From a virus, in the IMG/VR virus record IMGVR_UViG_3300045988_040655, positions 1 through 43,130 of that record: a stretch of DNA of 43,130 bases; one strand, given 5' to 3'. The position numbers and the translations under genes were made by a program. How positions within the stretch are numbered: the first letter of the stretch is position 1; the number at the start of each line of letters is the position of its first letter. This document shows, piece by piece, positions 14,280-21,294 of the stretch. The notes under the pieces were generated by a model. It saw only the letters and a list, made by a program, of their open reading frames with translations. It had not been told where the DNA came from and ran no database searches.

Positions 14280-14608
14280 TAAATAGCGCTGATTTTCCGC
14301 ATCACGCTGTCATATGTGCGCTGGTTTACGACCTTGAGCGTGTCCATCAGCTCGTCCATAATATCCCACGCTTTTTGCTGGTCTTTGTTCGACACCATGC
14401 GCAAAAAATCGCTGTCGCCAGTAATGCCAGCAGAGACAGCCGCCGGGGCGGCAGAATAAGATCGTTCGTAGGCTAGTGGTTTTTTTGCGTCGCCTTCCAT
14501 CCTGTCGCGGATGATGTACAGGTCTGCCAGCTTTGCATAATTAGGGTAGCTGGATTCAACGTATTCGAGCCGGGCAATTTCGGCGTTGATCTCTTTGGCA
14601 TCCAGCAT
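14279..14608 (-). CDS. Cassette gene H: hypothetical protein (109 aa)
   Basis: SD AAGGGGGAG. Helical protein (EINAEIARLEYVESSYPNYAKLADLY...DELMDTLKVVNQRTYDSVMRKI). No function recognised. Confidence 0.6.
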   Translation of the reverse strand: MLDAKEINAEIARLEYVESSYPNYAKLADLYIIRDRMEGDAKKPLAYERSYSAAPAAVSAGITGDSDFLRMVSNKDQQKAWDIMDELMDTLKVVNQRTYDSVMRKISAI

Positions 14609-14623
14609 ATTTACTCCCCCTTA

Positions 14624-15016
14624 TTATGCACGATCGAGCTGATCTTTGCAACGCCGAATTGCGTCTTTCATTTCGGCGGTGTCCGCCTGCTCCATCATCT
14701 CGTCCAGCTGGTCGATCATATGGGACTTTGCATCGTCCCGGCTGTATCTGCCCCTGCTGTAATGACCGCGAACGTAGTGCGTACCGCGTCTGGCGTAGCT
14801 GTTGCCGCGCCGGTACATATCGCGGTCATCGTCCCAATCACCGCTGTAACCGTCCAGCTCTTCAAACATCTCAATCTTATAGATATTTTTGATGGAGCTG
14901 GTAATATCGCGGATAGCGTCCAGCGTTTCAGCGGACGCGCCACGGCTCCGCATATCCTTTTTGATGTCCTCCAGCTCGTCGCAGAGCATTTTCATCAGGT
15001 CGTCATAGTTCGCCAT
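14624..15016 (-). CDS. Cassette gene G: hypothetical protein with central Arg/Tyr/Gly-rich segment (130 aa)
   Basis: SD AAAGGAGGAAAAACATG. Acidic helices flank YRRGNSYARRGTHYVRGHYSRGRYSRDD. Confidence 0.6.
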   Translation of the reverse strand: MANYDDLMKMLCDELEDIKKDMRSRGASAETLDAIRDITSSIKNIYKIEMFEELDGYSGDWDDDRDMYRRGNSYARRGTHYVRGHYSRGRYSRDDAKSHMIDQLDEMMEQADTAEMKDAIRRCKDQLDRA

Positions 15017-15029
15017 GTTTTTCCTCCTT

Positions 15030-15452
15030 TCAGCTTACGCGCTCGACAATCAGATTGCTGTTGGCAAAGCTGACGGCCTGAGTGCTGGTGTTTTCGGCGG
15101 CAACGGTTACACAGCAACCACGCGGGACTTCCACGAAAGCCGCCACATAGATGTTCCAGTAATTTTCCACAGCGGCAGGAGTCACGGTAGCGGTTGCGCT
15201 GGACAGCGGTTCTCCGTTGATCGACAGCGCGGCAGTGATAGCTTCAGCTGTACCCCCGGTGGGAACGGCGATATTCGCGCCGAAGGAGACCTTGAATCGT
15301 GCTTTGCACTGGTTGGTCAGTCCACGCAGCGTAACGATGCCGGCACCCTCACGATGCACGATGCAGGGCTTGCCCGCAACGGCGGTTTCGGTCAGGGGCA
15401 CATTCTGCCCGGCAGCAACAGACGTAATCTTGGAGTTTGTGTATTCAGCCAT
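15030..15452 (-). CDS. Cassette gene F: C1q/TNF-like (BclA C-terminal-domain-like) beta-sandwich protein (putative)
   Basis: 140 aa from ATG 15452 (SD AAAGGA 8 nt upstream). All-beta pattern with INGEPL in the middle and a ...NSNLIVERVS end, as in the BclA CTD (...IQVNGVPV...SASIIIEKVA). No collagen repeats. Confidence 0.5.
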   Translation of the reverse strand: MAEYTNSKITSVAAGQNVPLTETAVAGKPCIVHREGAGIVTLRGLTNQCKARFKVSFGANIAVPTGGTAEAITAALSINGEPLSSATATVTPAAVENYWNIYVAAFVEVPRGCCVTVAAENTSTQAVSFANSNLIVERVS

Positions 15453-15467
15453 TTTCTCAGTCCTTTC

Positions 15468-15497
15468 AAAAAAACGGCGGGGCATATCACCCCGCCG
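15468..15497 (-). terminator. Intrinsic terminator inside the cassette (between genes E and F)
   Basis: 8-bp GC stem CGGCGGGG/CCCCGCCG (15475-15482 / 15490-15497), 7-nt loop. On the minus strand T7 (15474-15468) follows and runs into the SD of gene F. Confidence 0.75.
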
Positions 15498-15563
15498 CAA
15501 AATCTCAGTATCAACACGGGGTTGACCATCCGAGTGATCCTCGGAAGCTGATGTGTTTAGTTG

Positions 15564-16316
15564 TCAGCAGGAGGCGCAGCACCCCAGAGCCGCGTTACTA
15601 GCCCACGGGTTGCAGGACTGGTACGCAGGGATGGGGGTAGGTCTCAGTGTGGTGACCAGATAGTTGTTCTGCGCCGCCTGAGACGCAGCCAGCTGGGCGG
15701 CGAAGAGCTGCTGATTCTGCTCGGCAATCTTCGCGTCCTTCTGGGCAATCTCCTGAGCGGTCAGGCGCTGTTCGATACCCCGGAAACCGGCGTTCATGCT
15801 GTCAATGATGTCGCGGGTGGTATTCTGCACGGTGTTGCGGGTATCACAAGCCTGAGTGGCCATGTCATACCGCACCTGAGCGATTGCCGCCCGGTTCTCG
15901 CAGCAGCACTCCTGCGCCTGCATCTGCATCTGGGACAGCTGCTGCATCAATGCAGCCTGCTGGTTTGCGCGGGACAGTTCAGCGGACATAAAGCCATTGC
16001 TCATGCTCTGCTGGACGCCGTTGACCAACTGCGCCTGCTGGTAAAAACCGTCGCACAGGCCGTTGTTCACTACGTCGATTTTGCGCTCAATATTGGCAAA
16101 GTCAGAGGTGAGAATGTAGCCATCGACAGCGCCAGAACCATTGCCGCCGAAGCCACTATTGCCCCAGTTCCCGCCCCAACCGCAGAATACGAACAAGAAC
16201 AGGATAATGATCCACCATGCACCGTCTCCGCCCCAGCCGAAGCCATTACCATTGCCAGTGTTGGCAGGCTGAACCGGCATTGTCATCACAGTGCCGCTAT
16301 CGGAATTAAGACTCAT
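15564..16316 (-). CDS. Cassette gene E: Gly/Trp-rich single-TM protein with Q-rich helical region and Cys clusters
   Basis: 250 aa, SD GAGAGGAG 7 nt upstream. GNGNGFGWGGDGAWWIIILFLFVFCGWGGNWGNSGFGGNG; LCDGFY; MQAQECCCENR; C-terminal SCNPW...GCCASC. 10 Cys by my count. Confidence 0.65.
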   Translation of the reverse strand: MSLNSDSGTVMTMPVQPANTGNGNGFGWGGDGAWWIIILFLFVFCGWGGNWGNSGFGGNGSGAVDGYILTSDFANIERKIDVVNNGLCDGFYQQAQLVNGVQQSMSNGFMSAELSRANQQAALMQQLSQMQMQAQECCCENRAAIAQVRYDMATQACDTRNTVQNTTRDIIDSMNAGFRGIEQRLTAQEIAQKDAKIAEQNQQLFAAQLAASQAAQNNYLVTTLRPTPIPAYQSCNPWASNAALGCCASC

Positions 16317-16364
16317 TGAAAGACTCCTCTCATTTAATTTTATTTGTAATTTGCGGCCACAAAT

Positions 16365-16547
16365 TTACATCAAATTCTGAAACATTTTCGCCATTTGCTG
16401 AAGCTGGTTCAGCTGTTGCTGGCTCATCTTGCCGGACTGGAGCAGCTTTTCCACCTCGGCCTTTGGGTCGCCCTGAAACGACTGCTTGAACTGCTGAAAC
16501 TGGTTCATCATCTGCTGAAACTGCATCATCGGGTTTCCGTTAAACAT
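16365..16547 (-). CDS. Cassette gene D: 60-aa Gln/Met-rich protein
   Basis: GGAGG SD 9 nt upstream. The start overlaps the stop of gene C by 8 nt. 16 Q and 9 M of 60 residues by my count. Confidence 0.55.
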   Translation of the reverse strand: MFNGNPMMQFQQMMNQFQQFKQSFQGDPKAEVEKLLQSGKMSQQQLNQLQQMAKMFQNLM

Positions 16548-16968
16548 CTGGCTCTGCCTCCTTTGCCCTTCTTGCGGGCTTTTGCTCCAATTTGTTCACT
16601 TTTTGGACAAGCCCGTCAAACTCGTCCCGGGTAATGTATTCCGGTGTAACCTGTGGAGCTGTCGGTTCGTCATCGTCCGTGTAAGACATGGTTTTCATCG
16701 GGTAAGGAGATCCGTTCATGTCGCGGCTCTTCCAGAAAAATTTATGCCCAGCTCTCCACCAAAGGAGGACGGATGCACCGGCAGCGACAAGATAGCCTGT
16801 TGCCTCGTTCTCACTGCCGACCTCGACCACATTGATTTGCTGCGTAGGTTGTGCCATATTCTGCTGCTGTGCAGGCTGCGCCATCGCGGTGTTAGGCTGA
16901 TTCATCATCGGCTGGAACTGCATCTGCGGATAATAGGGGTTTCCGTACATATAGGGGTTATAGGCCAT
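16540..16968 (-). CDS. Cassette gene C: protein with uncharged Q/N/P/M/Y-rich N-terminus and a globular C-terminal part
   Basis: 142 aa from ATG 16968 (TGATG coupling to gene B). The first 44 residues contain no D/E/K/R. They are followed by INVVEVGSENEATGYLVAAGASVLLWWRAGHKFFWKSRD. Confidence 0.6.
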   Translation of the reverse strand: MAYNPYMYGNPYYPQMQFQPMMNQPNTAMAQPAQQQNMAQPTQQINVVEVGSENEATGYLVAAGASVLLWWRAGHKFFWKSRDMNGSPYPMKTMSYTDDDEPTAPQVTPEYITRDEFDGLVQKVNKLEQKPARRAKEAEPDV

Positions 16969-17348
16969 CACTGCTCATTCCTTTCCCAGTAATACAATGG
17001 GACTTCGCCGCTGGAATCCCAGCTGTCCCATAAATCGCCCTCTGACACGCAGACAACGTGGCCAGACAGCGCGAGGATATATGTCCCGCATGGGTGCTCT
17101 GCGGCAAAATCAGCCACGGTGTAGCAGTCCGGGCAGGTGTCCGGGATTATGTGCCGCGCCCAGCCCTGCTGCCGGAGATACGCGCCCCAGACGGCGTTCG
17201 CACTGGGTAAGTCGCCCATCAAGTAGCCTTGCAGGGCAAGGGCGGTATATATCTCTTCCCAACTGCGTTCAAGCCCTTTTGTTAGAGCCCTTACAGTGCA
17301 ATCGCCCACGTTCTTCCCGGTTGGGTTTGGATTATAAGGCCGGAACAC
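16968..17348 (-). CDS. Cassette gene B: putative papain/NlpC-P60-like Cys-His hydrolase
   Basis: 126 aa from GTG 17348 (SD GAGGG 8 nt upstream). YNPNPTGKNVGDCTVRAL (candidate Cys) ... LSGHVVCVSEGDLWDSWDS (candidate His/Asp). The longer track ORF overlaps gene A. Confidence 0.5.
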   Translation of the reverse strand: MFRPYNPNPTGKNVGDCTVRALTKGLERSWEEIYTALALQGYLMGDLPSANAVWGAYLRQQGWARHIIPDTCPDCYTVADFAAEHPCGTYILALSGHVVCVSEGDLWDSWDSSGEVPLYYWERNEQ

Positions 17349-17481
17349 GGTTCCTGCCCTCAATCTCTGTGATGTATTTCTCAAGGGCGTTATCATCGCC
17401 CTGCAACTTATACCATTCGATGATCTCTGCCGCTTCCCATACAGGGACACCGGCGCGAATCAGCCGTTCAAACGCTTTCAT
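17332..17481 (-). CDS. Cassette gene A: small protein (49 aa)
   Basis: ATG 17481 with SD AAGGAG 8 nt upstream. MKAFERLIRAGVPVWEAAEIIEWYKLQGDD.... The longer track ORF would run through a terminator hairpin. Confidence 0.45.
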   Translation of the reverse strand: MKAFERLIRAGVPVWEAAEIIEWYKLQGDDNALEKYITEIEGRNRVPAL

Positions 17482-17555
17482 AGGACTACTCCTTTCCCTC
17501 TCATTATCCGGCATTTCAGGGGAGCGTTTCGGCGGAAAAGCGGATGAAAAACGGC

Positions 17556-17585
17556 AAAAAAATAACCCCCTCGATTTCGAGGGGG
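17556..17585 (-). terminator. Intrinsic terminator T2 upstream of the cassette
   Basis: 8-bp stem CCCCCTCG/CGAGGGGG (17566-17573 / 17578-17585), 4-nt loop. On the minus strand TTATTTTTTT follows. Confidence 0.75.
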
Positions 17586-17653
17586 AAAAAAATAAACCCG
17601 CCAAATCCGTTTTTATCGGATTCAGCGGTTAAAGTGTAATTTGCCAATATTGG

Positions 17654-17698
17654 AAAAAAATAAAAAAATAAAGGGCGGCAAGCCGAAGCTCACCGCCC
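17654..17698 (-). terminator. Intrinsic terminator T1 at the end of the late operon
   Basis: Minus-strand RNA GGGCGGUGAGC-UUCG-GCUUGCCGCCC (11-bp stem including 2 G-U pairs, UUCG tetraloop; 17673-17698), followed by UUUAUUUUUUUAUUUUUUU. Confidence 0.85.
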
Positions 17699-17710
17699 AA
17701 AAGGAGGAAA

Positions 17711-18013
17711 CTAAATTAAATTGGTTAAGATAGGCATTGCGTCATCGATTTTCGCCCGGATGGTGCGTTCTGAATAGCCGACCCAATCGGCAATCGTGGC
17801 ATAATCCTGATGTTTGCAAAAGCGCCTGTGCAAGATGTCCTTTGTGACGTCATCTAGGTTCGCGGACTCAATCAGCTCTGCGAGGTCATAAGACCGTGCA
17901 ATCCGTTTCAGGCGGCGCTTTACGTCCGCCGGATTCGGGTCAAGTTCGTTCAGCGCGTCCAGCAGGATGCGGATGATTTTAAGCCGGGTTTCGGCCAGAA
18001 TAGCGTCGGTCAT
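17711..18013 (-). CDS. Sigma-70 region-4-like / DUF1492-like small transcription regulator
   Basis: 100 aa. DILHRRFCKHQDYATIADWVGYSERTIRAKIDDAM is a region-4-type HTH. ATGA-type overlap with the endolysin. Confidence 0.55.
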   Translation of the reverse strand: MTDAILAETRLKIIRILLDALNELDPNPADVKRRLKRIARSYDLAELIESANLDDVTKDILHRRFCKHQDYATIADWVGYSERTIRAKIDDAMPILTNLI

Positions 18014-18909
18014 GCGTTAAGCCAGCGCTGAAGCGCTTTTGCGGACTCTGCGCCAAACACGCCGTCAACGGAACAAGGGAACCCCTCGCCGCACAGGAAG
18101 GACTGCAACGCCTTTGCGGTACCTTTGCCCAGCAGACCATCAGCAGACGTGCCAACGGCGGACTGCATTGCGGCCACAAACTGAGACTTGCCGCCAGTCC
18201 AGCCGCAAGCGGAATTGCAAATTGCAGGCCAGTACTTTTTGCAAGATGCGGACTGGCCGGAAATATAGCCGTCAGCCGCAGTGCCAAGAAGCTGCTGAAA
18301 CGCCTTGATGGTGCCTTTCCCGATTTGTCCGTCTACGGTCAGTTTGCCGGGCGTAGGAGCAGCGGAAGGCGTAGGCGTCGCACCTGCTTTGGAGCCGTTG
18401 GACAACACCATGACGGTGTGACTACCCGGCTTAACGAGGATGTCGCCCCGCTTGAGATAGGCGTCGCCGGTCAGGTATTTGCTGTCCGTCAGCACCTCAA
18501 ATGCGCCGGTCGCGCGGAACTTGTCCACCATCGTGCTGGTGGTGGGTGCATTGCCGCTGTACTCCAGTGCGGAGACACCGCCAGCGAGGGCACAAACCGT
18601 CATAAATGCAGAACAGTCCGTCTCGCATTTGGTGTTGATAATGGCCAGATTGTAGCCGCACCGCTTTGCGTAGTAATGCAGGGTGTTGCGCTGGCTCTGA
18701 TCGTAGCCGATTTTATTGTTTGCACAGCCCTGTTCGCAGGCTTTTGCCATGCGCTCCGCCACACTGGCAGACTTGGGTCGCAGGCAGTATCGCCAGCCCT
18801 TGTTGTACCAGCTGCGGGTGCATACTTCGCGCCCGGTCTGGTCACCGGTTCTGCCGCCGGAAGCCTTGCCGCGCTCGTCAATGGATGCGTGTCCGATGGT
18901 TACGCTCAT
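18010..18909 (-). CDS. Endolysin: N-terminal Cys-His (NlpC/P60- or CHAP-like) hydrolase plus C-terminal peptidoglycan-binding repeats
   Basis: 299 aa. GHASIDERGK...ETDCSAFM...GDILVKPGSHTVMV. An Ala/Pro/Thr linker is followed by three DG.(I/L)GKGT.KA(F/L)Q..L-type repeats. Confidence 0.8.
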   Translation of the reverse strand: MSVTIGHASIDERGKASGGRTGDQTGREVCTRSWYNKGWRYCLRPKSASVAERMAKACEQGCANNKIGYDQSQRNTLHYYAKRCGYNLAIINTKCETDCSAFMTVCALAGGVSALEYSGNAPTTSTMVDKFRATGAFEVLTDSKYLTGDAYLKRGDILVKPGSHTVMVLSNGSKAGATPTPSAAPTPGKLTVDGQIGKGTIKAFQQLLGTAADGYISGQSASCKKYWPAICNSACGWTGGKSQFVAAMQSAVGTSADGLLGKGTAKALQSFLCGEGFPCSVDGVFGAESAKALQRWLNA

Positions 18910-18921
18910 ATGATTACCTCC

Positions 18922-19137
18922 TCACTTGATTTTGGGCAGCTTGTCCACCTGGATTTTCACATTGCCGACGATACCGGCGAAATACCCGTCCGGGAACTTG
19001 ATGGTCGGCACCGTCACGCTGATTTTCGGCAGCGTCGGCAGCTTGGGCGGCTTGAGGGTGGGCGTGACGGCGGATGCACTGCCGATCAGACAGGCCGCAA
19101 GGGCGGCGGTGACGATAAGGTATTTGAGCTTTTTCAT
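18922..19137 (-). CDS. Small secreted protein / putative lipoprotein (71 aa)
   Basis: Signal peptide MKKLKYLIVTAALAAC with lipobox L-A-A-C. The mature part is Pro/Lys/Thr-rich (PTLKPPKLPTLPK). Confidence 0.6.
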   Translation of the reverse strand: MKKLKYLIVTAALAACLIGSASAVTPTLKPPKLPTLPKISVTVPTIKFPDGYFAGIVGNVKIQVDKLPKIK

Positions 19138-19361
19138 GCGGTTTCCTCCTCTTCTTCTGCTGGCGCGGATGCGGCGTCCAGCGCGTCGTAATATGCCTGT
19201 GCCAACGTCTCGATCTCGGCGATGTCGGTGTCGTCCAGCAGGCCATTGTCCAAATGGGTATACGCCTTATCCAGCCAATAGGCCACGTCGCGCCCGCCAG
19301 AAATCTCCCGCTTGATGGAGCGCAGGGCCAGGTCGTGTCGGGCTTTGGATTTAATTGCCAT
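19134..19361 (-). CDS. Hypothetical acidic protein (75 aa)
   Basis: ORF with ATGA overlap to the downstream gene and an EEEEE tail. Could be a fibre accessory protein; this rests on position only. Confidence 0.5.
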   Translation of the reverse strand: MAIKSKARHDLALRSIKREISGGRDVAYWLDKAYTHLDNGLLDDTDIAEIETLAQAYYDALDAASAPAEEEEETA

Positions 19362-19371
19362 AAGTGCCTCC

Positions 19372-21291
19372 TTATGTGGTAGTCATGGACGCAATGGCGT
19401 CCTCAAGATTCTTGACGACGAGATTTAAGTCCCGCTGGTAGTCCAGCTTGATGCCAGCGCCATCGCTGGCCTGCACCACAGTGTCAGGGCCGTAAGCGGT
19501 GAGGGCTTTGTATGCGGCAATCTCGGCAGGGGTGAGCGGAGTTTCGATGGGGGTTGAGAGCGTCGCATTTTGTTCGGCAAGCGGTTTTGTGTCGTCGAGA
19601 GCCGCCTTATCAATCCTCTGCACCATAACCTCTCGCGCAAAATCAACCTCATCGCACACCCACTGCTGGCCGCTCTGGTCAGTGTAGTTGCCGCCAGAGT
19701 TGACAGGGATGCCGGGTAAGCCGTTGGGAGTGGGGAGCGTGAGGATCTGTTCGCGGTAGGGTTCATAGTCTGGAGATGAAGCGTCCCATGTTAGGCAAAT
19801 GTTTTTGCTGGCTATGTCTAGCACATAATATCGGAACTTTATTGCGGTCGCCTTTAACGATCTATGTACTTCAGTTACACCCTCGTCAATAGCAAACCAC
19901 ATTTCTTCGTTGTTTTCGCCGATAAACAACAGGTTTCCGCCTCGAGAAACAATACCGCCCTTGAACACTAAATATATCGTTGTGTTTTTCTCGACGAAAC
20001 ATTCGACGTCAACACCTAGTTCAAGGTTAGGTGGCATCCGATTCTTCCCCGTCACCTTCACCTCCACGCTTCCCCCGTCACCGGCGCTCACGATAGGCAC
20101 AGGTGCATCTGGTGACGGCGTCCCGTCCTGCGTACTCTTGCCGTACACGGTCAGGCCGCACAGCGGGGCGGAATATGCGTCATTACAGCTGACCTGGTTG
20201 CCAGTATCACTGCCGACAAGGATATTCTGTCTGGCTCGCAGTTCGTCCACGGATGACTTTAGCGCAGGCAGCTGTTTTTCGCGCTCCGCTTCTGCTTTCA
20301 CTCGGGAGGATTCGGCTTCTACACGTCCCTCCTCTGCCGTCTGCCGCTCCTGCTCGGCGTTTGCACGCTCGGATTCAGCGTCTTTTCTGGCCGTCTCGGA
20401 GGTCACACGGGTACTCTCTGCCTTGACACGGGACTGCTCTGCGTCAGCGCGTTTGGATTCTGCGTCAGCTCTGGCTGTTTCGGCCTCTTGCCGCTTGGAC
20501 TCGGCAGTCTGGCGAGCGGTCTCATCGGTAACGCGCTGGGTTTCGTGATCCCTTCGTAACCTTTCGTAATCTGCGCGTTCCTCTTCCGACTTTACGCGAG
20601 CGGCTTCTGCGGTTGCCCGGTCGGTTTCGGCACTTTCGCGGGCTGTTTCCACTCTCGCACGGGACGTCTCCGCGCTCTGACGGTCATCCTCGGCGGCAAT
20701 ACGGACGCTTTCGGCGGCTTGCCTCTCCTTTTCAGCGGCGGCGCGGTCGGCCTCTGCATCAACTCTGGCGGTCTCCGCCTCAACGCGGGCAGACTCCGCC
20801 GCCGCCCGGTCGGCTTCGGCGGTTTCTCGCCCAGACTCCGCCTCCAGCACCTTGTCCATGTCCGCACGGACTCCATCGGCGGTCTTGACCGCACCATTCG
20901 CGGCAGACAAGATCTGCTGTACCAGATCAGGCGTTGGCGCGTCGCTGGTTGTGCCGTCTGTGCCAGCCTGCGCAATCACCGTGTAAGAGATATTACAGGA
21001 TGCAATCTGCACACCGTCCGCCATACCTGCGATCACAAGCGCACCACGGCCAGCAGACGCAGTTGCCTCCGGGGGCACGTCCGACAGTCCGTCTGACGGC
21101 ACAAGCACACGCACCGGCTCCGCCGCTTTGGGCGGATGATACACCGCTACAATGTCAAGCCCGTCCCACCCGGCACCGGCGACAACGGCAATCTGCTCCA
21201 TGCCATAGCTCTCGACTGTGCCAAGCTGGATCTGGGCGGGCATAGGCGCGTACCGATCCAGGTGTATCTTGTGGACGATCTTGTCCGGCAT
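19372..21291 (-). CDS. Tail fibre / host-recognition protein with long heptad coiled coil
   Basis: 639 aa. N-terminal domain, then 27 uninterrupted xExxRxx heptads (aa 151-339), then a ~300-aa C-terminal domain (YGKSTQDGTPSPDAPVPI...). Confidence 0.65.
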   Translation of the reverse strand: MPDKIVHKIHLDRYAPMPAQIQLGTVESYGMEQIAVVAGAGWDGLDIVAVYHPPKAAEPVRVLVPSDGLSDVPPEATASAGRGALVIAGMADGVQIASCNISYTVIAQAGTDGTTSDAPTPDLVQQILSAANGAVKTADGVRADMDKVLEAESGRETAEADRAAAESARVEAETARVDAEADRAAAEKERQAAESVRIAAEDDRQSAETSRARVETARESAETDRATAEAARVKSEEERADYERLRRDHETQRVTDETARQTAESKRQEAETARADAESKRADAEQSRVKAESTRVTSETARKDAESERANAEQERQTAEEGRVEAESSRVKAEAEREKQLPALKSSVDELRARQNILVGSDTGNQVSCNDAYSAPLCGLTVYGKSTQDGTPSPDAPVPIVSAGDGGSVEVKVTGKNRMPPNLELGVDVECFVEKNTTIYLVFKGGIVSRGGNLLFIGENNEEMWFAIDEGVTEVHRSLKATAIKFRYYVLDIASKNICLTWDASSPDYEPYREQILTLPTPNGLPGIPVNSGGNYTDQSGQQWVCDEVDFAREVMVQRIDKAALDDTKPLAEQNATLSTPIETPLTPAEIAAYKALTAYGPDTVVQASDGAGIKLDYQRDLNLVVKNLEDAIASMTTT

Positions 21292-21294
21292 GTC

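Noticed and set aside
15561-16319. 252-aa plus-strand ORF exactly mirroring cassette gene E
   Set aside because: It has a TTG start without an SD and a Leu/Ala/Arg-rich product typical of the antisense of Q/A-rich coding sequence. The minus-strand ORF has GAGAGGAG 7 nt before its ATG. It is kept as a curiosity only.
18922-19361. i-spanin/o-spanin pair next to the endolysin
   Set aside because: Only the lipoprotein-like ORF fits. The adjacent 75-aa protein has no TM segment, and the lipoprotein has no C-terminal TM, so it is not a unimolecular spanin either.
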